A stretch of DNA of 64,000 bases from Octopus vulgaris (GCA_951406725.2 OX597817.1:98022001-98086000), one strand, 5' to 3'. Shown: positions 11,944 to 24,087, counted from the stretch's first letter. The notes: generated by a model from the letters alone, not told the origin. Program-made: numbers and translations.

Positions 11944-13850
11944 TTAACGGTATCGAACCGGTGGCAGGATGTTCTTTCTCCATCTGGTGGATCTTGTGCT
12001 TCGCACCGGTGTCTGAGGTGTGTTGTTGGGCTGCTGATGGGTGGTTGGAGCCCATTGGGATGCTGATTCTGTGGGTGTTGTCACCGATGCAGTAGGTGTT
12101 GTACACGTTGTCTGCTGATGGGTGGTTGGTGCCCGTTGGGGTGCTGATTCTATGGGTGTTGTCACTGATGCAGCAGGTGTTGTACACGTTGTCCTCAACA
12201 GCTTTGGTGTTGGGCGGATGTGGGCCCTGTTGCGTCTCAGCTGCCTACCAGATTCCGTTTTTATTATATACGATCTTGGGGTTTCAGCTCTACTGACAAC
12301 CTGTGCTGGAATCCATGTTTTAGTTATGGGGTCTTGAGTATGCACATGTTGTCCTCCAAGTATCTCAGGTAAGTATTGTGCATGTTTGTTGTAATATTTC
12401 TGTGATTGTTCTTGAGTGGCTGCTAACTTTGCCCTTGTCTCTTCCTGGTCAATAGGAGGTTGGATCTTACTTGGCAGGGTAGTTTTGTACTTCCTACCAT
12501 TCAGCAATTCTGCTGGGGATTTCATATCAGCTCTCAGTGGTGTCGCTCGTAGGGACAGAAGTGCCAGGTGTGGGTCTTCCTTAGTCTCTCGGCATTTGAC
12601 TAGTGTTCTCTTCACTGTCTGCACCTGTCTTTCTATAAACCTTTGGGGTAGAGTGGAGATGAGGTTGTAATATTGAACCCATACTCATTGGCTAGCTTTT
12701 TGAATTCCTGCGATGTGAACTGGGTTCCATTGTCACATATGATCTGCTCTGGTATTCCTTGCTCTGCTAGAAGTCCTCAAGCCACTGTAGTGATTGTTTT
12801 GGCTCTCAGGTCCTTCACTTTTCTCACAAATGGAAATTTGGAGTAGTAGCAGACCATAATCAAATACCATTCTTGGCCCTCTGTGAACAGATCTGCTCCA
12901 ATAGTTTGCCATGGCCTTCTTGGGATGTCACTAGATATCATTTCCTCCTTTTGTTGTGAGTTTCTGTACTTCTGACAGATGTGGCATGTAGAAACTGTCT
13001 TTTCTATGTCTTTGTACATGCCTACCCAATATACTGCTGACTTGGCTCGGAGCTTGCATTTCTCCATTCCTAGATGCCCTTGGTGAATCTTGTCAAGAAT
13101 CTCTTTTTGCATTGACTTGGGTATAATTATTCGGGATCCAGCCATCAGTATTCCATTCTCCACTGATATATCATCATGGATGGCCCAATATTCATGAATT
13201 AGGGGCTGCACCTGATGTCTCTTTTCTGGCCACCCCTGAATCACCATCTGAGTAAGGAGCTGGAGTTCTTCATCTTTGCTGGTCTCCTCTTTGATTTCTG
13301 CTAGCTTTGTGGTTGTTACATTCACAATGTGGTGGACCTTTATGCTTAGTCCTTCCATCTCCTGTTTATCATATGATGATAGTCTGGACAGAGCACCCGC
13401 CAATATCAGGTCTTTTCCTGGCTTGTACCTGATATCGTAGTCGTATGTTTGAAGCCTTAACAGTAATCTTTGCAGTCTGGCTGGTGCTTTCATGAGGTTT
13501 TTTCTATGTATTTGTTCTAGCGGGCGATGGTCTGTTTCAATGTTGAAATGTCTGCCATACAGGTATGTATGGAACTTTTCACATCCATATACTATTGCCA
13601 GGAGTTCCCTTTCAATATTTGCGTACCTTGTCTCTGTGGGTGAGAGAGCTTTCGAGGCATATGCAATGGGTTTACCTTCCTGTATCAGTGCTGCACCAAC
13701 TCCTCTCATAGAAGCATCGACTTGGAGTGTTACTGGTTTGCGTCTGTCATAGTATTGCAGAGTTGTCTCCTTACTGATGAGCTTTTTGATTGCTTCGAAA
13801 TCCTGTGTGTGTGAAGCACACCAATCAAACTCTACGTCATCTCTGTTTAG
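11944..13850 (-). pseudogene. Gypsy RNase H-integrase region (ORFs 12777-13709 and 11944-12624), disrupted
   Basis: IAYASKAL, YANIERELLAIVYG, HQGHLGMEKC..CHIC and PWQTIGADLF motifs, plus a GPY/F-like C-terminal region (TPRSY..RRNRAHIR). Confidence 0.9.
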
Positions 13851-13853
13851 TTC

Positions 13854-15311
13854 TCAGAGATTTGCAGTGTGATCGGCCAGCTTGGGTATGAAGGCTCCCA
13901 TGTAGTGGATGAGTCCCAGGAAGCTCCTGAGTTCCTTCATGTCTTTAGGTTCTTTAATGTCTCTGATGGCTTCCACTTTAGCAGGGTCTGGTTTAACTCC
14001 CTCTGCAGAGTATATAATTCCAAAGAATTTGCACTCCTTCGCTTTTACCACACACTTGTTTGTATTGAGTTTGATGCCTGCTTGTCGGGTTTTCTCCATA
14101 GCTTCATGTAAATTGAAGTCATGTGTGGTCTCATCCTTGCCATGCACTTGGATGTCATCTGCTATTCCTATTGCTCCCTTGGTAGGTCTCATCTATTTGG
14201 CGCTGGAAAACATCTTGGCTCACCTTCAATCCAAATGGGAGTCGGTTGAATCGATATCTGCCAAATGGTGTGTTGAAGGTAGTGAGCATGGATGACTCTT
14301 CGTCTATCTTTACATTCCAGTACCCATTACTGGCATCCAGTTTGCTGAATAATTTGGACCCAGTCAATGATGGTGTGATTTCTTCAAGGGTTGGAATTGG
14401 ATGGTACTCTCTTTTAATGCCTTGTTCAGGTCCCTTGGGTCGAGACATATCGGTAGGGTACCATTGGGTTTATCCTTGATTACAATTGAATTTACCCAGT
14501 CTGTTGGTCGTGTCACTTTGGTGATTATTTCTTTTTTTTCCATTTTGTCCAACTCTGTCTTCAGCTTCTCTTTTAGTTCTAGAGGGACGCGGCGAGGTGG
14601 GTGAACAATTGGTTTGATATTGGGGTCGACTGTTATATGGTATCGACATTTTACAAAGCACCCGACTGTATCGTCAAAGCATTCAGGGTACATGCTTATC
14701 AATTCCTCTTTGTTTGTGATTGGTGGTCGGTCTTTGATAGGCGTATCTCTGTCAATCCTGCTCGGAGTTGCCTTCACTTCACCATTGATTGACACAATAT
14801 TTAGCTTTTTGCAGGTATCGAGTCCAAGAATTGCTGGTCCTTCTGTTCTTGTGACATAAAAAGAACACTTGATTATTTTTCCTTTGTGTGTCCCTGTAAT
14901 TGTTGTTTTACCCAGTTGTGGAATCCTGGTACCTCCGTACGCAGTGAGGATTACGTCACTTGGTGTGAGGATTCCTTCTTTGATTTTATCCTCTTGTGTC
15001 ATGTGTTCTGGGAACATCTTGTAAAGGTTGACAGGCAAGATATCACTCTGGGCTCCAGTGTCTATCTTCAGCCTTAAGTCAATGTTTATTCTTTTCTTGC
15101 CAGCCTTCTTTTGAATTCTTATTGTTGTGTATGCCTCATTTTTTTTCTGGTCGTCCTTTCCCATCTCATGCACATTTATTGTGCCGACTGCCAAGAATTC
15201 CTCCTCTGAGGTGTTTTGTTCCTGTTGTTGTGCATGTATATCTCTTCTTCTATTTCTGCTCCTCTTTGAAAATTGGGGCTTGTATTTTTGGGATTTTGTC
15301 AACCTACACAT
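13854..15311 (-). pseudogene. Gypsy protease-reverse transcriptase, frameshifted
   Basis: KIDTGAQSDIL, WVNSIVI, CLDPRDLN, SKLDASNGYW, TPFGRYRFNRLPFG, IADDI and LRSFLGL motifs spread over ORFs 14364-15311, 14155-14448 and 13854-14192. Confidence 0.92.
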
Positions 15312-16462
15312 TTTTTTCCAGTGGTTAAGTTTTCCACATGCTTTGCAGTGTGTACCGAATGCAGGACATTTCTTCCAGTTATTGAATTCATGCTCTGTAC
15401 CACAGTACTGGCATGTTCTTTGTTTGCAGGTATGTTTCGTCCTGTGCTAGATACAATATCTACACTGCTGCCTAGTGAGCTTGTTTGTAAGGTAAGTGAG
15501 GCCATTTGTTTGGTAGTGGCTTTGAATGCTCTTGCAGTGTCTACTGCTTCTATCAACTGGAGAGCGTCCTTACCTATGAGGGATTTCTGAACTTCTTTAT
15601 GAGCACACCACCATATTAATTGGTCAACAATTCTTTCGTCCTTATCTTTGAATTTGCAATTTTCAGCAACATTCTTTAGTCTGGACAGGAAACTGTCAAT
15701 CGTTTTTTGTGGGTCTTGTTTCAGGCCCTGGAATTCGTATCTGTGAATTCTATGGTTTGACCTGGGCTCTAGGTGCCTTTCAAATTTCTCTAGAAGTGTG
15801 TCTGGGTTATTGCAATCCGATTCTGACATGTCCCAGCTGTTGAATAGGTCCAGACCTTTTTCGCCGTCTATCTTTACATTCCAGTACCCATTACTGGCAT
15901 CCAGTTTGCTGAATAATTTGGACCCAGTCAATGATGGTGTGATTTCTTCAAGGGTTGGAATTGGATGGTACTCTCTTTTTAATGCCTTGTTCAGGTCCCT
16001 TGGGTCGAGGCATATCGGTAGGGTACCATTGGGTTTATCCTTGATTACAATTGAATTTACCCAGTCTGTTGGTCGTATCACTTTGGTGATTATTTCTTTT
16101 TTTTCCATTTTGTCCAACTCTGTCTTCAGCTTCTCTTTTAGTTCTAGAGGGACTTTTGTTGTTTTACCCAGTTGTGGAATCCTGGTACCTCCGTACGTAG
16201 TGAGGATTACGTCACTTGGTGTGAGGATTCCTTCTTTGATTTTATCCTCTTGTGTCATGTGTTCTGGGAACATCTTGTAAAGGTTGACAGGCAAGATATC
16301 ACTCTGGGCTCCAGTGTCTATCTTCAGCCTTAAGTCAATGTTTATTCTTTTGAAAACTAGTTGAGTTTTCTGTTTGAATTTCTTAAACGCTTCTACGATA
16401 TCACTGGAGTCCCAATTCATCGTTGGATGTAGATTCATCTGTACGGCGACGGGGGTCGCCAT
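15299..16462 (-). CDS. Chimeric gag ORF (387 aa) carrying an in-frame duplicated PR/RT insert
   Basis: Gag N-terminus, then a copy of PR and RT segments (15865-16351), then gag resumes (GEKGLDLFNSW, HRYEF..LKQ, ERIVDQLI). Confidence 0.8.
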   Translation of the reverse strand: MATPVAVQMNLHPTMNWDSSDIVEAFKKFKQKTQLVFKRINIDLRLKIDTGAQSDILPVNLYKMFPEHMTQEDKIKEGILTPSDVILTTYGGTRIPQLGKTTKVPLELKEKLKTELDKMEKKEIITKVIRPTDWVNSIVIKDKPNGTLPICLDPRDLNKALKREYHPIPTLEEITPSLTGSKLFSKLDASNGYWNVKIDGEKGLDLFNSWDMSESDCNNPDTLLEKFERHLEPRSNHRIHRYEFQGLKQDPQKTIDSFLSRLKNVAENCKFKDKDERIVDQLIWWCAHKEVQKSLIGKDALQLIEAVDTARAFKATTKQMASLTLQTSSLGSSVDIVSSTGRNIPANKEHASTVVQSMNSITGRNVLHSVHTAKHVENLTTGKKCVG

Positions 16463-16569
16463 TTTGGATTCTCGTGTATGTGTGTCCGAAGACGAAGCGA
16501 TGTTTTGTTTGTTAATTTCTGGTTCGTTGTGTTTCTGTTTCGTTGTTAAGGCACAGTTTCCAATTAATT

Positions 16570-16587
16570 ATCCCACCGCTGCCACCA
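16570..16587 (-). promoter_or_regulatory. Primer-binding site, complementary to a tRNA-Leu-type 3' end
   Basis: TGGTGGCAGCGGTGGGAT lies immediately after the 5' LTR on the minus strand. It is the complement of ...AUCCCACCGCUGCCA-CCA. Confidence 0.85.
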
Positions 16588-16836
16588 TGTTATGTGTAGT
16601 TTCAGTCTGGTGGGATAGACAACTCTATACGAAGCATAGTTATTCTTTTACGTGTTATGTACTTTTCCATGTTAGACGAACTGCGCTACTTTCAGCGCAG
16701 CGACACCTATATATCGTTAGACACGGCGTAGTAATACTGTTTACTTTAAAACACAGTTCGTACTGTTCACTAACAAATAGTGCCAAAGTGGGGATGTATT
16801 CTACACACGTATACACATAGATATGAATGTGTAACA
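16588..16836 (-). repeat. 5' LTR of Gypsy provirus
   Basis: TG...CA termini, adjacent PBS and TSD. Confidence 0.95.
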
Positions 16837-16864
16837 CACACTAAATTCTGGTGCCTTTAACTTA

Positions 16865-17300
16865 AGTAAAAAAAAAAAAAGACTCTGTGACGTAAACTGT
16901 TGAAAAGAAAAGGAAAAAAAAAAGGAACTTGTAAATGTTTAAAAAAAAAAGAGAAAGGCTGTTGAAAAGAAAAGAAAAGAAATCTTTGAGAATGAACTTT
17001 CTGTGTTAGAAGAAAAAGTAAGAAAAGAAAAAAGTGTTGTTGACTGTTTCATAAAAGAAAAGAAGAGAAAAGAAAGAGACAGTTAAATGAGTTTAAAAAA
17101 CGGGGAAAGTACTCTGTATTGTGTTAAGTGTTAAATGATTTGTTTTGAAAAATCGAACTCTGTATTGTGTTTGTTAACCTTTGTTGTTCAATGCTTTAGT
17201 TAAAAAAGAAATTGCTTGATTAAGCAACACTGTGTGTGTGTAGCATTCTTTCTTTTGTTGTTGTTGTTGGTTGATGGCTGCATTCGCTGCCCCTCCCCTA
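16865..17300 (-). repeat. Diverged inverted relative of the LTR-like element at 59362-60051
   Basis: AAATTGC..GCAAC..TTGTTGTTG..GGCTGC.TT.GCTGCC..CCCC and TGATTTGTTTT..CGAACTCTGTATT match the reverse complement of about 59460-59960. Confidence 0.6.
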
Positions 17301-17446
17301 GCTTTTGAAGCAACAAGAATGAATTCTTGTTGCTTATTATTTTATTATAATCACCCCACATATTTTTATGGGTAACACCATACAAAATTCTGGTGCATCT
17401 AAATTAAGTACCATATTCATTTGAATCTAAATTGTTGCTGATCTTA

Positions 17447-17920
17447 TATACATATATATATATATACATATGTATATACATACATATATATATATACATA
17501 TGTATATACATACATATATATATATACATATGTATATACATACATATATATATATACATATGTATATACATACATATATATACATATGTATATACATACA
17601 TATATATACATATGTATATACATACATATATATATATACATATGTATATACATACATATATATATATACATATGTATATACATACATATATACATATATA
17701 TATGTATATACATACATATATATATACATATGTATATAATATACATATATATATACATATGTATATACATATACATATGTATATACATATGTAAATACAT
17801 GTATATACATATGTATATACATATATATATACATATGTATATACATATACATATGTATATACATATGTAAATACATGTATATACATATGTATATACATAT
17901 ATATATACATATATATACAC

Positions 17921-17951
<31 letters not shown>

Positions 17952-18014
17952 CACATATATATATATATACATATATATATATAAATATACATATATACAT
18001 ATATATATATAAAT

Positions 18015-18061
<47 letters not shown>

Positions 18062-18136
18062 AATATACATACATATATATATATAAATATACATATATAT
18101 ATATACATATATATATATATACATATATATATATAA

Positions 18137-18182
<46 letters not shown>
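17447..18182. repeat. Compound (TA)n/(TACA)n microsatellite
   Basis: Direct reading; the overlapping YI-rich ORFs are artefacts. Confidence 0.97.
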
Positions 18183-18186
<4 letters not shown>

Positions 18187-18224
18187 ATAAAAATTATATA
18201 TAAAAATGCAAAATGCGACAAGAA

Positions 18225-18605
18225 CGCAAAACACACAAAGAGACGACACAAAAAACGGACAGGGTCATTCGAAGCCTCTAATCTTCAGTCAGGAACTGGA
18301 TCATCCTAGCAATTCTCGGCTGATTAATCCTGATATCGCTCCGATCCGGCCAGCCCCAAGGAAAAACTAAGCTGCGAGCATTAGATTTCTTGGAAAAAGG
18401 ATCGAAACAAGAGCAGAAAAACAGACGATGCCACACAAATATACATACAAAAAAACAAAAATAAAAAACAAGAATAGTAATAACAGGACAAAAACAGCGG
18501 GTGTCTTACGACTTTAGACAGTTTAACTTATCTTAGCTGGCGTATTTTGAAATAAATGCCTTTGTGGCAGATGAAAGAAAAAAGGTGTTCAGAATGCTGG
18601 ATGGT
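18225..18605. repeat. Diverged copy of the repeat family forming the 49-50.6 kb inverted repeat
   Basis: Shared blocks GGCCAGCCCCAAGGAAAAACTAAGCT, GAGCATTAGATT.CTTGGAA and TAATAACAGGACA. Confidence 0.7.
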
Positions 18606-18606
18606 T

Positions 18607-18920
18607 GTCATCATCATCATCATCATCATCGTTTAACGTCCGTTTTCCGCGCTAGCACGGGTTGGACGGTTTCGACCGGGGTCTGGGGAGCCAGGGGCTG
18701 CCCCAGGCTCCAGTCTGGTCTGGCAGTGTTTCTACAGCTGGATGGCCTTCCTAACGCCAACCACTCCGCGAGTGTAGTGGGTGCTTTTTACGTGCCACCT
18801 GCACAGGTGCCAGAGGGGTCTAGCATCGGCCACGGTTGGTTGGTGCTTTTTATGTGCCACCTGCACAGAAGCCAGTCGGGGCGGTGCTGGCATCGGTCAT
18901 GTTCGGATGGTGCTTTTTAT
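18607..18920 (-). mobile_element. RTE 3' end with (GAT)n tail
   Basis: (CAT)n-CGTTTAACGTCCG...GGTTGGACGGTT...CTTCCTAACGCCAACCAC, the same layout as the tails of the longer RTE copies. Confidence 0.85.
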
Positions 18921-19454
18921 GTGGGGGGGGGGGGGGCAGAAATATAGGGGAGCACCAGTGGGGGGGTGCAGAAATATAGGGGAGCACCAGTGGGGAGGGG
19001 TGGTTCAGAGAAATGATGACAGGTTCTAGGCAAGTAGAACGTAGAGAGGGGTAATGTATGGTGAAATAGCGTATTGAGGAGGAGGGTTTGAAGAGTAGAC
19101 ACCTATAATGGTGGTGGGAGAAGCGACATCCGGTATAGATGGAGCAAAAATATAGAGATATCCGGTATTGGTGGTGGGGGTGGGCAGGGTGGGTGCACCG
19201 CGAATACGCTAAGGTTGATATAGACGAGAGAGCGAGACTTGGTCAGGCAGAATTAATAGAGGAGAAATGGAGAAATTAGATAAAATAGTTAGATAGATAA
19301 ATAACAACAGATAAAAAACATGTATGATTGGTCGAGAAGTGAAAATAAGCATTCAAACTTATCTGTGCTCAGGATTATAGCTGCTAGGTGAATGAATGAG
19401 AGAGCACATGTTGCTGCCTTTTAAGTAAAAAATTGACCGGAAGAGAAATATATA

Positions 19455-19668
19455 TATTTATTTACATATCACATATTATTTCTTCTTATTAGCAAATGTC
19501 AGTTTTTTAAGTTTTGCCTGTATTTATATTATTGGTAAATGAAGTAGGGAGATGAGAGAGAGAGAGTGTGTGTGTGGGTGTATATTGGGGAATAGAGGGA
19601 GGGAGAAAGTGAAAGAGAGAATATGGGTGTGTGTTTTAAAACTGTATTTTTCTCCTCTTTTTTTGGGT

Positions 19669-19731
<63 letters not shown>

Positions 19732-19779
19732 CATGTGTGTGAGTGTATGTATGTACACATATTGATATGTGTTTAGGTG

Positions 19780-19810
<31 letters not shown>

Positions 19811-20550
19811 CAAACATTGAATGGTCAAACACCTGTTCTTTTAGAAACCCAAGGGAGTGCCAAGTAAAGAATGGAAGCAATATTTTCTTTATACTTTTAT
19901 TTTTATATTTTATTTTTTTCCCTTTCTGTCAACTGGATCATTTTCAAGAACACACAGTACATGTATGTATGAATGTTTATGAAAATGTACACACACAATA
20001 GGTTCCTCCATATGTGTATATATATGTGAGTGTGTGTGGATCCTTCTTTCTGTGTTTTTTTTCTCTCTGTGTTTCCTGATCGCCATACTAATACAATTGT
20101 TCGTTCGTTTTCCACCTGCCTTCGTCTTTTGTCTATTTTCATAAAGCTTCCCGTTATATATATATATATATATATATATGTTTATATGTAAGGATACATG
20201 TGTGGGTGTACATAGCAACACTCCTATTGAAAAACAAACCCTTTCAAACCCTCTTTTTCCTTCTCTCTTTCCATTTCTTCCAAGGGTCATCCCAAAAATA
20301 CAAAAAGACCAAAAAAAAAAAGAAAGAAAAAATACAGTTTTAAAACACACACACCCATATTCTCTCTCTTTCATCTTCTCCCTCCCTCTATTCCCCATTA
20401 TATATACACACACACACACTCTCTCTCTCCCCACTTCATTTACCAATAATATAAATACAGGCAAAACTTTACAAACTGACATTTCTGATGAAACTACAGT
20501 AGTTGAAAGCGCTAATAAGAAGAAATAATATGTGATATGTAAATAAATTT
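19455..20550. repeat. ~200-bp inverted repeat (about 19455-19652 and 20327-20548), PLE pLTR-like
   Basis: The arms are reverse complements. The right arm contains a hammerhead core. Confidence 0.8.
20480..20518 (+). ncRNA. Minimal hammerhead ribozyme-like core
   Basis: CTGATGA (20485-20491), stem II AACTAC-A-GTAGTT, GAAA (20505-20508), palindromic stem III AGCGCT and a CTA site. Stem I is poor. Confidence 0.55.
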
Positions 20551-20599
20551 TTTTCTTTCATATATATTAAATCTGTACATCACCCCCAATACTTCTAAC

Positions 20600-20636
<37 letters not shown>

Positions 20637-20666
20637 TATATATACACCTATAGACATATATATATA

Positions 20667-20816
20667 GGAGTAGCTGTGTGGTAGCTTGCTTACAAGAAAC
20701 ATGGTCCCAGGTTCAGTCTCATTGCGTGGCATCTTGGACAAGTGTCTTCTATTATAGCCTTGGGCCTACCAAAGCCTTGTGAGTAGATTTAGTAGATGGA
20801 AACTGAAAGAAGTCCG

Positions 20817-20872
<56 letters not shown>

Positions 20873-21100
20873 GTATGTGTGTATATGTTTGTGTGTCTGT
20901 GTTTGTCTTGCCATCATTACTTCACAACTGATGCTGGTGTGTTTACATCCCCATAACTTAGCAGTTTGGCAAAAGAAACCGATAGAATAAGTACTAGGAT
21001 TCCAAAGAATAAGTCTTGGGGTTGATCTGCTCGACTAAAAAAGGCGGTGCTCCAGCATGGCCACAGTCAAATGACTGAAACAAGTAACAGAGTAAAAAAG
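20667..21100 (+). mobile_element. tRNA-derived SINE (octopus-type), copy 1
   Basis: A box (TAGCTGTGTGG), B-box-like GGTTCAGTC, internal (TA)/(TG) tract and tail ...ATGACTGAAACAAGTA. Homologous to 47843-48250 and 61591-61996. Confidence 0.9.
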
Positions 21101-21273
21101 TATATATATGTTAAATTCAAATTATGATGAAATTAAGTAAAGTTTGCTTTAGAAGTGTGGATATGTCTAGAAAGTTAAAGAAGTAATTTTTATTCTCAAA
21201 TCTAGGACAATGCTAATAATATAGCATAAACAGGATAAACTGCCCATATTTTACAGAAAAAGTTGTGTCGGCG

Positions 21274-21345
21274 GCCAGCCATGGGACTCAAATTCACACC
21301 CCTGTGATTACGTATCACAGAGCTCTACCTTTAAGCTATAGCTCA
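21274..21345 (-). pseudogene. tRNA-like relic (Thr-CGT-like anticodon arm)
   Basis: Minus strand reads TAGCTTAAAGGTAGAGC (D arm), TGTGA-TACGTAA-TCACA (anticodon arm) and a degenerate T arm. The acceptor stem does not pair. Confidence 0.45.
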
Positions 21346-21349
21346 TTTA

Positions 21350-23770
21350 CAGGATTTTACATCTTTTCTGCATGGCTGCACCATTTTCTTGAAAATAGAT
21401 CTCATTTGAGCTTACCATCAGATTCCAATTAACCCGGATGATATTCCTAAAATAGCTAGAAGAACTGGATCATTTTAAATTCCTGACCATGCTGTTTGGT
21501 CCCAGAAATGTGGCTAGCACTTTCCAATGTTTCATAGATGAGGTTATTCGTGGACAGGATTTCGTTTATGCTTACATTGATGATCTTCTCATTGCTAGTT
21601 CTTCTGCTGCACAACATGAAATTCATTTGAAGCAACTCTTTGCAAAGCTGTTGCAATGCTGTGTATACATCAATGGTGCCAAGTGTGATTTCAGTGTGTT
21701 TTCTCTCATTTTCCTTGGACACACCATTGACAACGACGGAATTAGGCCTTTACCTGAAAAAGTGGTGGCCATTGTAAAAATTCAGGTTCCTACTTCGTTA
21801 CAACAGCTCTGGCATTTTCTAGGGTTGGCAAATTTTTATGGCACTTTATACCTCATTGTGCCAAGACTCTATACCCTCTCACCAAATTGCAGTGATACTG
21901 CAAAAAGAAAACTGAAATTATCAATTTAACTCCTGCCCAACTACAGGCTTTCGATGATGCTAAACAGAAGCTCTCTCATGTCTCCATGTTGGCTCACCCC
22001 ATCCCTGATGTTAAACTCTCTTTGGTAGTCAATGAGTCTGAAATTGGTGTTAGCGTAGTGATACAACAGCTTCACCATGGTGAATGGCAACCTCTGGAAT
22101 TTTATTCAAAGCAGTTAAAAGCAGCTGAAACAAAATATAGCACATTCAGTCATGAATTGTTAGCTATCTACCTCTCTGTTAAACACTTCCAGCATATCTT
22201 GGAAGAAAGAAACTTCACGATTTTTATGGACTACAACCCATTGTCTTTCACTTTGCACTGCAAGCCAGATAAATTTTTGCCTTGAGACATCCAACATTTG
22301 GATTACATTTCACAATTTACTAGTGATATTCAACACCTTCCTGGCTCAGAGAACATCACTGCAGATTCACTATCTCAGTAACCTGTTAACCCGTTAATTG
22401 GTTTGGACAAAATGTCTGAAGATCAAACACTTGTCGATTTGAATAATACAAAACAGCCAGAATTAGTTCCTTTCGACCTTCAATTCTTCCCAATATCAAC
22501 ATCTAACAAGCAGATCCTTTGTGATATTTCACCGGGTAAACTGCATGCTTTAGTTCCATTAAAGCATCACTGCACTGTTTTTGCAGCCCTACACAATACT
22601 GCACATCCTGAAATAGTGGGAACGTTGAAACTTATTTCAGCCCGTTTCATTCCGCTGAACATGCAATGAGACATAGTAATTTGGATTCATTGCTTGTGTA
22701 GATTGTCAATGATCTACATAAACACATATATGCACTGTTGGGTATCTTTTCTACACCGGACGCACACTTCCAACACATACATGTTGATATTGTAGGACCC
22801 TGGCCTGTGAGTCAGGGCTACACATTTTTATTAACTTGTATTAACTGTTTCTCCCATTGTCCAGAAGTCATTCTACTCACAGACATCTCTTCTCCAAACA
22901 GTAACACAAGCCTTAGTCATGGGTTGGATATCTTGTTTTAGAACACCGGCGACTATAACTACTGACTGTATACATTTGAAGCTAAGCTTTACCAGAAGCT
23001 TACCAACATCTTAGGAACCAAATGTCCATTCCACCAGCTATCATCCAGCTTCAAATGGTATGACTGAGAGATTTCACTGACAGTTAAAAACTGTCTTGTG
23101 TGCTTCTGTTGATATGTCTTGTTGGATTGAATTTCTTCCTATTGTTCTCCTGGGTCTTTTACTCTCCTGTTGATTTACTTTATGGTTCCTGTTTGACACT
23201 GCCTGGTCAAATGACTGTCCCTTCAGACTCACAAGATATTGACACTACAGTATTCATTGAATGTTTACATAGTTACATGTCGAGTTTATCACCCATATAT
23301 ACAAGCAAGAGATAAAATCTTATTTAGACTTTACCTCCTGGACTCATGTTTTTGTTTACAGCAATGCAGTTAAACATCCATTAACAGTACTGTATGCAAG
23401 ACCTTTCTGTGTCCTTTCACACACAGATAAAATTTTCAAGTTGGACCTTAACAGTCACAAGGACAATGTTTCAATAGATAGACTGAAAAGGGTTTTCACA
23501 GATAAAACTATTTCCACTTCACTACTGATGACACACACAGTTTTACAAACACAGCCTTCATACTCACCTTCACATACCTTAACTACCAGAAGCAGTAGAC
23601 ATGCACATTGGCCCAAAACACCAACAGACATTTATTATATCTCAACTTGTGATTATTTCTTTTCTGTATTTTTTTTTTTGCAATGTTTCAAACCAAGTAT
23701 TTATTATGTATACATTTTTTTTGAGGGTATGTAGTAAATCGTAGAATTAGCTCCCTTTGCAGGAGAGTCA
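21350..23770 (+). mobile_element. Decayed Ty3/Gypsy pol (RT-RNaseH-IN), second family
   Basis: MLFGPRNVASTFQ, AYIDDLLI, FLGLANFY, WQPLEFYSKQL..AETKYSTFSHELLAIY and FQHIHVDIVGP motifs, with many stops. Confidence 0.9.
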
Positions 23771-24087
23771 GTGAGTGAGCTCCATTGATTGTAGTCAATT
23801 ATTACGTATGCATTAGGAAGCTTCTAGAATTTGAGCTACTGGAACATTCTGAAAAATTCCCGCATTCGTATAAAAGCAGCTCGCAAACCCAGAGATTTGC
23901 TCTTAGCCATTCCTCCACTTAGAGCCAGTCATGTCATTGCTGTGTCATATTCTTTTCTGTAATTACATTGCTGTGTCATATTCTTTTCTGTAATTACATT
24001 TCTGCTTTTCCTGCAAAGTCAATCTAATTCTACTATTTATACAACTAATTTTCATACTTTGAAATATTAGATTTAAGTAAGCAAACT

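Larger units (their letters stand above)
11354..16836 (-). mobile_element. Full-length Ty3/Gypsy LTR retrotransposon provirus (frameshifted)
   Basis: Two 249-bp TG...CA LTRs (11354-11602, 16588-16836) differ at about 6 positions. 5-bp TSD CACAC at 11349-11353 and 16837-16841. Domain order is gag-PR(DTGA)-RT(ADD)-RNaseH(DAS, ERELLAI, TDHRPL)-IN(HQGH..C..C, DNG). Confidence 0.97.

Noticed and set aside
17404-18251. Long YI/IY-rich ORFs (also 24045-26276, 26941-27753 and 53412-54073)
   Set aside because: Translations of (TA)n/(CA)n microsatellites that lack stops by construction.
23770-24045. Possible 3' LTR of the second Gypsy relic
   Set aside because: No matching 5' LTR, and the termini cannot be fixed.
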